A stretch of DNA of 63,460 bases, counting the filler, from Globobulimina sp. (taxonomy: Eukaryota), in the NCBI GenBank assembly GCA_003354225.1. It is 50 parts of 50 records of this genome, joined end to end, with 100 filler letters (N's around TTAATTAATTAA, not from the genome) between each part and the next. Parts side by side here need not be neighbours in the genome. Positions count along the whole stretch, not along the records: positions 24,169 to 25,340 come from PIVH01021744.1; positions 25,441 to 26,611 come from PIVH01021745.1; positions 26,712 to 27,882 come from PIVH01021746.1; positions 27,983 to 29,153 come from PIVH01021747.1; positions 29,254 to 30,424 come from PIVH01021748.1; positions 30,525 to 31,695 come from PIVH01021749.1; positions 31,796 to 32,966 come from PIVH01021750.1; positions 33,067 to 34,237 come from PIVH01021751.1; 42 more parts are not named here. One strand, 5' to 3'. The notes beneath the pieces were generated by a model. It saw only the letters and a program-made list of their open reading frames with translations. It was not told the DNA's origin and made no database searches. Below, in pieces: positions 24,169 to 36,947 of the stretch (position 1 is the first letter of the stretch; every line of letters starts with the position of its first letter). A program made the translations under genes and the position numbers.

Positions 24169-25290
24169 AAAAGTGTCATTGATATCGATTTTGGGCAATA
24201 TCTCAGAGATACATTTATCTTTAACACCCGTTTGATTTTCAGTGACCACCAATTGTAATAATAGTAAGCGAATAAAATCCCATTCAAAGGGTGTCATCTT
24301 ACAATCTCTAAACATAGATATCAACGCATAAACCGTCGATAATCTGGATATATTTCGTTTGTCTTTGTTTTTTTTATCGTTTGCAATCGTATCAAGAAAA
24401 TTTAAATTGGTAAATACGTCCTTATTAAAGGGCGGTGTATGGGGATGGTTATGAAATAAAGGCGGTAACAATGGCTTTAATTGTATCGCAGATGAAGAGG
24501 ATTGCTTTTTTGATCTGAATTTGTTTAATATATAATTATCGATATTGCTCGGGACATGAACGGTAAATCCATATAAAGCATTACTTGAAAACGAAATCTC
24601 TGTGCTTTGTACGCAAGGAATTTGTAAGGCGATTAAATAAAAGGTTTGATAGATGAATAAATAGCGATTCTCGTCGAATATAAATGGACTATAATCTGGT
24701 CGCACAATTAAGGCAAATACAGGCAAATATTGATAGATATAATCACTGAAAGAAATATGCCAAAACGATTCATATTGCAATACTAACGGATAATTTATGC
24801 TATATTTATGTTGTTGCTTTGGTTGCCAATAAAAGAATAAATAATATTTAATATACTGTCTTAATGCGAAATGTATTTGATATTTCCAGACAGATTCGTT
24901 ACATTCAAATATTATAATTTGTGCACTACGGCCACCACCAAATAATAAATCTAAATAATTATCTAAAACGTGTAAAATTGGCAATAAACGTGGACCGTAT
25001 TTTAACTGTGTGCTAATTAGTGGTGAATGAAAGATGTCTAATAACAAACTGTCAAAGTCTATCATAAATGGTCGGTGATTATCATCGCCAATGTTCTCAT
25101 AGATTGGCACCAATTTATTATATATATTACAGCCATATACTTCCAATAACTCCCTGCTGCTCTGACCGGCGTCAAAGCTATGTGCGATACCATGCTTTTC
25201 TTCAAATGCTGCAATAACTTGTTCAAAAGTTTCTTTTCGTTTTACTTTTAATAAAATCTCATCTCTCTGCATATTTGTTGTGCATTTCAT
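24169..25290 (-). CDS. DDX60-like RNA helicase, N-terminal region
   Basis: FMIDFDSLL..LHVLDNYLDLLFGGGRSAQIIIF..ALRQYIKYYL..FSDYIYQYLPVFALI parallels the DDX60 N-terminus as recalled. Confidence 0.6.
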
Positions 25291-25669
25291 GTGAGTGCAA
25301 GGATATATATATCAAATAACAAGTGATGTTCCTAGTTAACNNNNNNNNNNNNNNNNNNNNNNNNNNNNNNNNNNNNNNNNNNNNTTAATTAATTAANNNN
25401 NNNNNNNNNNNNNNNNNNNNNNNNNNNNNNNNNNNNNNNNGAAAAACCATTGAGTGAGCTTTGAGTTTGAGTGACTCGTATGTGACAGTGAAAAATGCGA
25501 ATTTTAGGCGATTTTTCGAAAAATTTCCGAAATTTTACCCTCTCCCTAACCGGTGATTGAGGTCCTGCAGATAATAGGTCCAGTAGTTTCTTTCTGTTAT
25601 TCATCAATTTATCTATGTATGATAGATAGAGTACTACTAACTAATTAACAAACTTTCGATGAGACAACG

Positions 25670-26611
25670 GATGAAAATTTTATTCCAATAACAGTTGTAA
25701 AACATGGAAAATTTCTACGTTTCGAGCAGCAAACGGCGCTCATCCTCAGGAACAGGTTTACCCACAAACTGAAAAATAAATAGCGGTCATAAAACGTAAT
25801 AAAAGGTACTAAAATATGCCCTAATTATTTAAAAACAAATGTATAAAATCGTTCTGCAGATCAACATTGGAAATTAAATTCATTCGGCAATTTTTCTTTT
25901 TCTCAATAAATAAATTTTCCTTTATTATCAGGGCAGTTTCGGATTGAGCCTGGCATAAAACTTTGTAGTTGTCAAAGTCAATTGTATGTCCCAACTTTTT
26001 GCAATGAACACTCAAACCTGTCGTTTCTCTACCCAAACGACAATCTGCTTTATGTTCCTTCATTCGATGGGAAATAAATCGTGATGTCTGTCCCACATAT
26101 GAGGACTCACAATCCATGCATTGAAGTTCATAAACGACTGATTTAGGTTCATATTTTGGTGAATTTTTGGTCAATAAAGTTCCAAGTGATTTAGCTTTCT
26201 TGAAAACAGTTCGAATTCCAAATTTTCTTAAATATGATCCAATTTTATTTGATAGATTTTCAATATAAGGAAGGCAGACAGTACCTAATGGTTTAGGTTG
26301 AAGAGGTCGAGCTACAGACACAACTGAGTCGATAGTCTTGTAGATTACTTTTTCAGGGAAACTGCACTTTTTGAAATCAGACACAACTCCTTGAATTTCA
26401 GGAAATAACGAATCATAATCTGAACTGATCAGGTGTGCTCTGCGTCCAAGTGTAGTAATGGCTGTTGTCTTTTGTTGGGTAGGTTGATGTGAAGACCAGT
26501 GCAAATACCTATGGGAATGTGTAGGTTTTCTGTAAACAGAAAAATTCAAATTTTCTCCTATTCATTTTAACAAAACGTCGAGGAAGGGAAGCTTTCCATT
26601 TTCTTCTAATT
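25670..26611 (-). mobile_element. Penelope-like retroelement: RT thumb plus GIY-YIG endonuclease (ORF ends 25821) and 3' UTR
   Basis: LPFLDV..SVYRKPTHSHRYLHWSSHQP; LPYI; VVYELQCMDCESSYVGQTSR..RMKEH..H..HTIDF..E.L.I; apparent frameshift near 26560. Confidence 0.92.
25697..25761 (-). ncRNA. Minimal type I hammerhead ribozyme in the Penelope 3' region
   Basis: Minus strand reads CUGAGGA-U-GAGC..GCUC-GAAA-CGUA: conserved core, 4-bp stem II, palindromic ACGU stem III, GUA cleavage triplet; AAUAAA downstream. Confidence 0.7.
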
Positions 26612-26711
26612 NNNNNNNNNNNNNNNNNNNNNNNNNNNNNNNNNNNNNNNNNNNNTTAATTAATTAANNNNNNNNNNNNNNNNNNNNNNNNNNNNNNNNN
26701 NNNNNNNNNNN

Positions 26712-27882
26712 ATATTGGCATACGCACTCGCTGTAAACAACTGGATGGCCAATGCAATTGTAATATTCGTCAGCAATAAAAAGAATAATACCTTCCATGT
26801 CGTATGCTTTGGATTGCTGTTGTTTTCCACTGGCTCATCTGGCCTCGTACCCCAACTTAAATCATGCACATTTGCCACTGCATTGACGAAGAAAAATATC
26901 ACATAAAATGGCGCATACATAAAATATTCAACACATGTTTTTAATAAAATCACCAATGTTTGAATATCTTTACTGAATATCGGGGCCAATACAAATGACT
27001 GCAAAAAAAATATTACTCCAATCATAGCCACAAAAACATCAAACGTTTGTTCAAAGAGATCATTTGGATAAACAACAGCAGTTTCAATCACCTCTACAAA
27101 TTGCATCATTAAACCAGCAAATGTTAACAGGCCAAATGTATATGATATGGCCAACATTAATTTTACAACGCTCGATTTGAAATAATAATTAAATTTTGTT
27201 AACTTATTGGCTCCTTCAGCTGGTTTTCGACCTGTTGTTTGTGCAAAATATATGAATGCTAAATATATTATCCACGCAAAGACCGTCAATAAAGTCGGCA
27301 CTGTCTCAATATTGCCCTCTTTCGTACCGCTCTCATCGATATCGACTAATATTTCCAATATTGATGTTAAACCATATTTAAATGCCAAAATAAATAATAT
27401 CGGCGGCGAGACAAATAAAACAATAAACATAAATAACTGCATGTACCACAGTAAGAGCACATAAAACTTCCTAAAACAGCTGACCTTCCATGTCGAAAAC
27501 GAGACTTTGCGTAATACAAATATTATAGTGGCAATACTGCCGTTTATCCATCTCCTTCTTTGTTGCATCAATGACTTCAAATCCGGCATTGGATCAAAAT
27601 AAAATATACAATCCGGAATCAACGAATGTCGAACCGATGTATCGCAATTTATGATAGACGTTATGGTTAATATTCGATCCTCTGCCAGCTTCATATTACC
27701 TAATACCAAATCCATATTATTCGGATCATTCCTTTGATTAATGATTTTGAAATACCATGCTCGCACTTTATCTTCTAACAAATATGCTGCCCTGTAAAAG
27801 CCGCACGGCCCTGGGATTACCGGCAAAAAACCGCCGAATAAATAACAGCCGATGGTGCCGTCAAACGCTTCAACTTCAAACA
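26712..27882 (-). CDS. Chitin synthase (GT2), catalytic C-terminal part plus TM region
   Basis: VIPGPCGFYR, NMKLAEDRIL, QQRRRWING, NVHDLSWGTR. Confidence 0.92.
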
Positions 27883-27982
27883 NNNNNNNNNNNNNNNNNN
27901 NNNNNNNNNNNNNNNNNNNNNNNNNNTTAATTAATTAANNNNNNNNNNNNNNNNNNNNNNNNNNNNNNNNNNNNNNNNNNNN

Positions 27983-28976
27983 GTATGGCTACTGTACTTC
28001 GAGCACAATGAGTCCAACGCATTGCATGTCATGTTGGAATTTTTACTTTTCCGGAGATGACGAGATCGATGGTGCCTGGCATGCGGATTGCACATTTAGT
28101 ATGGCAGCGGTGGATGGTGAGTGTAGCGTTGATGTGGTTGCAGAGCACGTGGATTGGCCCGCATTTTTATGTGTGAAGGATGTATTTATCGTAACTGCCA
28201 ATGACACGTTGTGGTATTCAGGCGATGTCAATTTTGATTTACTGATTGGTGGATATGAGATAGATGATGTGGGCGAGCATGGCATTCCGACCTGGATCAA
28301 ACCGGGGAATGACTATATTGATAATGAGACTTATATTCATTATGATAAGTTTTTCGGTTATTGGCAGATTGGACATAGTGTGGATACGCAAACTGCGACT
28401 TTATTTTGTATGGAAGATGCGAGTGATTATTTGCCCACAGATTGTACTGAATGGTACGATGTAAACTTGAATACGATAAATAATTTATTTTTATATTCGA
28501 CGGGGTGTTCCAGGAAAGATATTTTAGTGAAAAGTGGAGTGGCTTCGGAGCGAAATACAGGCAAAATAATCGTGATTGTTTTGATTATTATGGCGTTGAT
28601 TGCGTGTTTTATTGCGGGCTTTTATTATTATAAAAGTCAGACAAGACATGTTGGCGCAGAGTTTGAGTCGACGCGCGAGATTGAATTAGGTGATGACGTG
28701 GACCAAATTCATTTGAAAACGAATATGATCAAAGGTGGCTTTGATATGTCACCGTTGAATGTTGGCGAGGATGAGGACGATGATCTTACCATTGATGCGC
28801 AACAACATGGTGTTGTAGAACATGACGATGATGCGGATGAACATGGAGATGGTGATGGCGATGAACAACAATTGATTGGTGATACCAATACCAAAAAAGA
28901 AGGAGACAGTGATCCGGATTTAAGGATGCCAGAGGATGACAATTTAAATCAAAATGCACCTGACACTTTACAATAA
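27983..28976 (+). CDS. Type I membrane protein with Cys-containing ectodomain and acidic tail, 5' partial
   Basis: Long ORF with a single TM helix IIVIVLIIMALIACFIAGFYYY. Confidence 0.65.
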
Positions 28977-29253
28977 CACTTAACACTTTTTTTTTTATAT
29001 TACTATTAGTATTTGTTTCTTTCTTGACTGTTTTTTTTTATATTTGCTTTTTTATATTAGTAACATTACCAACCACCATATCATTGCATTGATCTTTATT
29101 TGTACCAAAACCGCAATCATTTGCATAGTTTGTGGTGAATGCAATTCCTATGTNNNNNNNNNNNNNNNNNNNNNNNNNNNNNNNNNNNNNNNNNNNNTTA
29201 ATTAATTAANNNNNNNNNNNNNNNNNNNNNNNNNNNNNNNNNNNNNNNNNNNN

Positions 29254-30424
29254 CGATGGCTCGAATACACAGCATTTACATTTCAAGGAAGTGATGAAAA
29301 GATATCATACCGACTTAGAAAACGAAGACTTGAATACTGAGAATGCGGCCTGGTTAGAACAAGCTGAGTCCATTGCTTTCTATAACGATAAATACCGCAT
29401 TTTGAAAATACTTTGGTACTTTACGGGCATTTCATTCATTGCCATTTTGCAGTTTGTGCTTCCAATGCGAGCGGTGTTTAAAAGCGATGTGCCGTTTCTG
29501 TACTTTTCATTTGATATTATCACACAAATCTATTTTATGATCGATTTGTTTGTGCAATGGAACTTATTCAAAAAGCAAGCAAAAGAACAAGGTTGGTCCT
29601 CTCAAGGCCGCTTATTGAAGATATTGGATTATATTTTAGTAATTCCGTGGGATTTTTGCGGCTTATTATTTTCGTGGAGAATGTATTATTTATTCAGATT
29701 GTTCGATTTGTTTCGCATTACGCGGTTGAAACATTATTGGAATGACATGCGACATGAATTGGTGCATTATACAGGGAAAATAATCTCAATTCATGCGGGA
29801 TTATCGGCGATTATTTTCCATATATTTGCCTTGTTTTTAATTGCTTCGTATTGTGCGTGTTTGTGGTACATTATAGGTGTAATTGAGCAGAGAAATGACA
29901 ATTTTGCCTGGATTGACGGTGAGGACGAATCGAATTATTACACATTGTCCGTATATTGGTCCATGGCCTCAATGTCGTCGGTGGGTTATGGCGATCTGAA
30001 ACCAATCTCGTTCGCGGAAACGTTGTTTGCTTTATTTGCGTTGCCATTTATGGTCGGTTTTTATATTCGTTTCATGGGCGATATGGCGTCGTTTGCGGGC
30101 AATATCGAACGGTCCACAAAAACCGCATTTTATGAAAAATTTAGTCATACTTTGCTTGCGTTAAACCGACGCATTGAACATTTAGAATTATTTGCTATCG
30201 GTGAAGCGAAACAATTGTTAGATTTGAAGAAGAAAATCAGGAAATATTTGTCATTTCTATGGAAGGAGAGAGCGGGAATGAGTGAGTCTGAAATTTATTC
30301 GAAATTGCCATACTTTTTAACGCGAGACATTTCATTCCAATGTCGGAAGAAATTTCTATCTTCGATCCCTTGCTTGAAAGAGATAATTAAATCAAAAAAG
30401 AATTTGCAATTAATTAACACTATC
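29254..30424 (+). CDS. Voltage-gated K+ channel of the cyclic-nucleotide-binding-domain family (partial)
   Basis: S4 FRLFDLFRITRL, pore SVYWSMASMSSVGYGDLKP, C-linker IYSKLPYFLTRDI. Confidence 0.9.
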
Positions 30425-31075
30425 NNNNNNNNNNNNNNNNNNNNNNNNNNNNNNNNNNNNNNNNNNNNTTAATTAATTAANNNNNNNNNNNNNNNNNNNN
30501 NNNNNNNNNNNNNNNNNNNNNNNNGATTCTAACCGTAATGTAACGTTTGAAGAAAAGAAATATATAAATGATAAAAAAATGAAGATAAAACGAAAAATAA
30601 TTGATTAATTAATTAATGTTTTTATGTAAGAATTGTATTGGTTAGATTGAAAGTTATATTTAAATGTTATGTCAAAATAAAACGTTAAAAAGCTGCACAG
30701 CAAACATGCATATAAATCAATAAATAATTATTAGAAGTAAAACCAAGGGCAACTGTTGTAGATATTTGCGAATAAGAAGTTTGATTTTTTCTCCAAAAGC
30801 TTTAGGTGGCGTTAGAAATGTGGTCGTGAATCTTTATAGTACAAGGCTGACAGCTGACAGCTAGTCTGTTGAAGACTAAAAATCACTCCTTCCCGCCAAA
30901 AGCAATCAATCAACAACTAGAGTTCTATTAACAAACATGTAAAAAACTAGCTAGATTGATTGATTACAACAGTTGTATTTCTATTTGCTTCACTGTGTGG
31001 GTAACACTGAGAGAGAAGTATATTGACTGGCGAACAACTTATTATTTTACCACGAAGTAACGAATATAATATTGT

Positions 31076-31398
31076 GCTGCTAGATAGAATCCAAGTCGTT
31101 TTTCTAGTACATTATTATCTAGAGCGATGGAGATTTTTTTGGCGGCAATTTCTTGTTATCATTTTTTGGTAAGTTATGCATGATTTATGATAGTACTAAT
31201 TTCATGTCTCCTTTTTGAAATATACTAATGCATGTTACAACCATTTTTTTACTACTTTGAACATAGCAATGAAATATTGGGCTGCCAGATAGAATCCAAA
31301 TCGTTTTTCTAGTAAATTATTATCTAGAGCGATGGAGATTTTTTTGGCAGCAATTTCTTGTTAACATTTTCTTGGGTAAGTTATGCATGATTTATGAT
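31076..31398 (+). repeat. Direct duplication of a ~117-bp unit (31076-31191 and 31281-31398)
   Basis: Near-identical copies, each containing a GGTAAG donor-like site. Confidence 0.85.
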
Positions 31399-31795
31399 TT
31401 CACTAATCAGTAACATTAATCTGTGCGTGTATTTGCCCTAGGCATACATATAAGTGTAAAAAAACCGTTTTCCAATCGCATGTTCCAAATTTCCTCTTTT
31501 GTTTCCTAAATACTGTTATGCACAACAATACTAATCTGCGCAGCGCAAAAGTGCAGCACTTCCGTACCCTATGCCATCAAATTTATCTCCTTTGAGAGGT
31601 AAAAATCAATAAACCTCTATGTTTTGTGTGTGACTATGCTCTAGTACATAGGTTTGCTTTTGGCAGGATGCCAGCACACAAAAGACGATAGCAAANNNNN
31701 NNNNNNNNNNNNNNNNNNNNNNNNNNNNNNNNNNNNNNNTTAATTAATTAANNNNNNNNNNNNNNNNNNNNNNNNNNNNNNNNNNNNNNNNNNNN

Positions 31796-32319
31796 TTGCC
31801 ATAACCAGAGTGATGATGACCAATCTTGACAACTAAAGGAAAGGACGGTGTTATTATCATGGAATGATGTGTTGGGTAAAATGTTGGCTCAATTAACGGG
31901 AAATCGGTGTCGTGTTCGTTTTTCAATTGTTTTTGTATTTTCTTCAATTCACCGTAAACCACTGGTTTTTCCAACATTCCATAGATTGAACGAAATGTGT
32001 TTAGCGTCGGTACGTTGCAGAATTGTATGGCATATAGTTTATTTTTGGAAGAATCATTTAAAAATTGTGACAATAAACGCATTAATATGAAATGTGGTTT
32101 AATCGTTCTTGAGGTGTTTTGTGGTGTATTTGGCAATGGGTTTTTTGCTTTTGATAAGGAAACTATTAAGCCACTGTCATGATAACCTGTCATGTTTATT
32201 TCTTGCCAGGATCCTTGTTCAATGCGTATTTCTTCTCCCGATGTTAACTTGGCACCATCGAAGATCTTGTACCAATTATAAGAGGTTACACATTCAACCA
32301 CCAATATGTTTTTAACCAT
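31796..32319 (-). CDS. Synapsin-like ATP-grasp protein, 3' partial
   Basis: NWYKIF..IRIEQ..RTIKPHFILMR..VPTLNT..SIY..EKPVVY..FPLIEPTFYP..FPLVVKIGHHHSGYG. Confidence 0.85.
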
Positions 32320-32407
32320 TATAAAGATGACTAGTTGTGACTGCAGTGTGGTTGTTGAGTAAGATGCGAGGAACATGGCTATTCACGAAAATATCCATAT
32401 TCAAAAG

Positions 32408-32900
32408 TCACAAAACACATTTATTAATAGTTGAGGCACATTGATGTTTGCTGCACTCGTGACCACAGTTTCTGTCCATGTCAACATATCCGCGTGCATA
32501 TAATTTACCAAAGCAACTATTACAACAGCATTCATAATAGCAACATTCCTTACATTCCATCAAATAAACAGGCCTTACATGAGATGCACAACAACCATCA
32601 CATGAATATTGTCCACAGACTTTGCAACAAACATACCCAACTGCACATTTTTTATGTTGAATAAAAGACTTATGATTTTTACAAAAAACCATACATTGAT
32701 TACATACAAATTTCTCACATTCATAACATTTCCGATCGCAACAAGTCTGTTTCATGGATTCCATGCAATCTAAACATAAAATGAAATATTCCTCACATTC
32801 CGAACATATATACTTATTTATTGTACATTTTTTATCACAGTGATAACAGCAACAACAGCATGCGATGGAACAATAACTTTACCAATGCTCATTTCTGCAA
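32408..32900 (-). CDS. Cys-rich hypothetical protein
   Basis: Repeated CxxC pairs. Confidence 0.45.
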
Positions 32901-34337
32901 TAATACCAACCACAGCTTCAAGTCCCAGTGTTTTAATTATCTGACAGTTAAATAGATAGTAGGTTTNNNNNNNNNNNNNNNNNNNNNNNNNNNNNNNNNN
33001 NNNNNNNNNNTTAATTAATTAANNNNNNNNNNNNNNNNNNNNNNNNNNNNNNNNNNNNNNNNNNNNTTAATGTTTATCAATGCAGTGAATCCAAGGGTTC
33101 ATTGCCTTTCATATTCAATTAACAGAGACGATGGAGAGATAAATAAGGATTCTCCTGTCATGAATGCAGTCACTTTAATACTGTGAAAAGTTTTTTCAAT
33201 AAAACCTCAAAAAAGTTTGAGTTACCTGTTACCATCAACCCTTCACTTCGAACCCAAAATCTTTTATAGAAGTAATAGAACAACAAAAATATTCATTAAT
33301 TTGAACCCAGTGATCGGAAGTACTCAGCATGGCGGTACATTATCCAAATACTCACAAATTAAGAAAAATGCCCACAAAATACAAAAAAAAAGGAAAACAG
33401 AAATGGTAAAAAAAGAAGCCGGGAAAATGTGGAGTCAGCCACTCATCCTCCATCAAAAAAGGTATTCAAACTAATCATTCACTAGAATTAATGCACAATT
33501 TGTTATCTAAATAGCGACGAATTCAAAGTAAACAAAGCAAGAAATCGCGAAATAAGGATATGAATAAATGGACAATTGGTGAATTAAAAAAATATTTGAA
33601 TAAACATGCGATAACATTTCAAATGAACAAAGATAAAACATATTATTATCGATTGGCCAGTATGCATGTTTAGTATTTATTTATTCACTTTTTTTGTAAA
33701 ATAAATTGTGTAAAATACATAGAAAACTGTTCAAGAAAACAAAGCCAAAGAAAAAAGAGAAAAACAACGACAAAATTCAGTTTAGAACTGTCCTAAACCA
33801 AAAAAACAAAACAATCGCATTTAAATAATTTGCACTAAAAACCAGCAAATCGTAAATGGTGTTCCTCATTCATCGCAAACTAATCCGCCTCAATCACCAA
33901 TCAATAAAAAAAATGAAAATGAATCTCCATCCGAACCGGTTTAGTTCCATTGTTCCCGAAATTTATCCCATATTTTGTTCCCATAATTGGCCCCATTGTC
34001 TCATTTTTGATAATTTCCAATTTCAACTTATTTTACCCTTTTTTTGGCAATATTTCTTTTTTAATTTTTGGGTCGTTTGCTTCTTTAATTGCTGCCCCAA
34101 TAAATAGGTTCGAGCACCAACACCACCGTTACCATCGAGTTTAAGTCGCAGGCCGTTCACATCGGATACATTTAGCGATGAAAATAATAATTCCCAGAAA
34201 CAACAAGATATACAGCCATCGCCTTTATTATCTCAAANNNNNNNNNNNNNNNNNNNNNNNNNNNNNNNNNNNNNNNNNNNNTTAATTAATTAANNNNNNN
34301 NNNNNNNNNNNNNNNNNNNNNNNNNNNNNNNNNNNNN

Positions 34338-35480
34338 TTGGATATGCTGTCGGTGTGGAGGTGGTTGGAGAGATTGTTGGATTTAATGTGGGTGATACTG
34401 CTGGATTTTTGGTTGGATCTTTGGTGGGTGAAAGGGTCGGATTTTTAGTTGGGTTTTTGGTGGGAGAAATGGTCGGATTTATGGTGGGATATTTGGTGGG
34501 TGATACTGATGGATTTGTGGTTGGCGATATTGTTGGATTTTTGGTAGGAGATGCTGTGGGATATTTAGTTGGATGTTTGGTGGGAGATGTTGTGGGATCA
34601 TAAGTGCTTAAAATACAAAATATTTGATATCCCCAAGTTTGATCTGTTTGTGTGCTGTTGTACAGAGTACAGATTTTGTAATCTCGATGATATTCATCGC
34701 CTCCCTTTGGCGTAAACGTAAATGCTACACAATCTACAGTCGATGCACATTTATTTCTACATTGATCAATATTATTTGTATCATATCTTTCCTCGCAAGC
34801 AGTTAAGCCACAGCCCCAAATATCATTATTGTCGGTAATACCACCTAATTGATAGGAGCCGCTGGGACATGCTGTATTTTATATATATTAATTGTATATT
34901 GTCAATATATATATACAAACTATAGATGACTGTAACTTAGTGGGACATCAGTGAATTGCAACACAATTTGATCGATAATGGCACCCGTTTTGGCCCATAA
35001 CCCAGTTAATTGTGAATGGTACACAGTATTCCAACCGGTATCCGTCAATCCGGATGGTAGCGGAGACACTGCGCACACTTTGGTGCTCCCATCCGTTATC
35101 CGAAAAGCAATATATTTAACAAATGAACTATACTGTACACGATAGCCATCAATATATTCATCAGAAGAGAGTGTGAATGCAGCACAGTCGACATCCATCC
35201 AACTGTCCCACCCCAATGATGTAGTGGATGATTGTTGGTCTGATATCCAATCTATGATACCAACGGCATATAAATTCAAAGGATTGTCATTACTGAATCC
35301 CCAGTTCGTAATGGCATGTATTCTGCCAACATCAAATGATGAAATTGGGCCTCCACCGTTGCCACCATACATGTCAGTGATGGTAATTGCTGAGGGACTC
35401 CAGCTTGTAAACTCGAAACCTACTGCGTCGATTATAGAACCATAACGAAATTTGAATCCTATCAAAATTATAATAATCAA
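34338..35480 (-). CDS. Secreted protein: jacalin-like lectin repeats, PAN/apple domain and (PTxx)n stalk; spliced, partial
   Basis: RYGSIIDAVGFEF..YGGNGGG and KTGAIIDQIVLQF; after the intron QCRNKCASTVDCVAFTF..CTLY; then PTTSPTKHPTKYPT repeats. Confidence 0.7.
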
Positions 35481-35608
35481 TTAAGTTGAATATGGGTACG
35501 TACATATANNNNNNNNNNNNNNNNNNNNNNNNNNNNNNNNNNNNNNNNNNNNTTAATTAATTAANNNNNNNNNNNNNNNNNNNNNNNNNNNNNNNNNNNN
35601 NNNNNNNN

Positions 35609-36779
35609 TATTAATATGTGCCCAAAATGATGGATATTTGACCGCTTCCGAATTTTTGTCTCGTTCGCTTCTTCGAATATGTCTACGAACGGCAGTATGA
35701 ACATTAATTTGTTCACCTTTTGTTTTGGATAATTTCTTAATTTTATATTTTTTCTTATTTGCTAATAGCGTGTATTCAAAATAACTGCCAACGTTTAATT
35801 TGTCGTTTTGTTGAATCGTCTCATTGGCATACAATCTCCAAACATTTTTACATTCGCACCACTCCCAAATTGCTTCTTTATTAATTTTCTTCATTTTTTT
35901 CTCAGTATCATTTTTTTTCTGTATTTCAAACTCTTTTTTTTCTTCCAACTCATTAATTTCACTCCGCATTTCTTTTATTTCTGTTTCTAATGTTTGGTTT
36001 TTGTGTTTCTCGCCTTCTAAGTTTAATTTCAATGCTTTTAATTCTTCATTTCTTGCAGTACTTTCATACAATTTATAATGTTGCGACTTTTTCCGCTCTC
36101 TCATCATTTTCTTGCATGAATGATAACTGCTGATATCGTGCTTTTCTTTCCCGCCAAGAATAAACCATTCAGTCTCCCTTTTATTTTGTTTGCCCTTTTT
36201 ATAAATAACCTGCTGTTTCTTACTAATTCTGGTCACACCATTCCATTCACAATGACATATTCCACAAAACGTATATCCGCAATGAACGCAACACCGACAA
36301 TAATATCTAAACCAACATATCTCACAACATTCCAACCCTTCATTTTCTTCGTAATTCCCCAATTTCCTCGCAATGGGACCCGGTGTCTTAACATTATTTT
36401 GCAGCGCAGTCTCGATGCAATAAAAACAATGTTCGCGGCATTTATTACAAAACTTCTTCTCACAAATATTGCAATAAAAAATATCAAAAAACACCTGTCC
36501 ATTATATTTCTCTTCCAATAAATCCTCATTCGACGAGAAATTATCATCATTATACTGCACGCCATGCATCTCATCGCCACAGCAATTGCAGCAAAATATT
36601 TTCCCCGCTGCTACACTCCCGGAACTATCAGAATTCCTCTCGACATCCTCCCATTTCCCAGCAATTTTAAACGGTTTCAAGCATTTCCCATTTGGGCATA
36701 TATCTGTTTTCCAGCCCGCTAACGATTCATCGTACGCCACCATGATATCTTTATACATTTTCTAGCTTTTGCTGTCCAA
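35609..36779 (-). CDS. Cys-rich, coiled-coil and WWE domain protein (probably upstream of a PARP domain)
   Basis: IWEWCECKNVWRLY..KYKI..QINVHTAVRRHIRR (WWE) followed by YPSFW. Confidence 0.65.
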
Positions 36780-36947
36780 NNNNNNNNNNNNNNNNNNNNN
36801 NNNNNNNNNNNNNNNNNNNNNNNTTAATTAATTAANNNNNNNNNNNNNNNNNNNNNNNNNNNNNNNNNNNNNNNNNNNNTGTAAAGTATAATTGGATAAA
36901 ATGTATACAACTTATCCTATCGTTTAAATTAAATTTCAAAAAAAGCA

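Noticed and set aside
34355..34603. VG-repeat ORF on the + strand (similar case at 23708-23911)
   Set aside because: Antisense shadow of Pro/Thr repeat coding sequence.
24169..36779. Apparent clustering of DDX60-like, Penelope and WWE genes as a defence island
   Set aside because: They lie on separate contigs ordered only by length.
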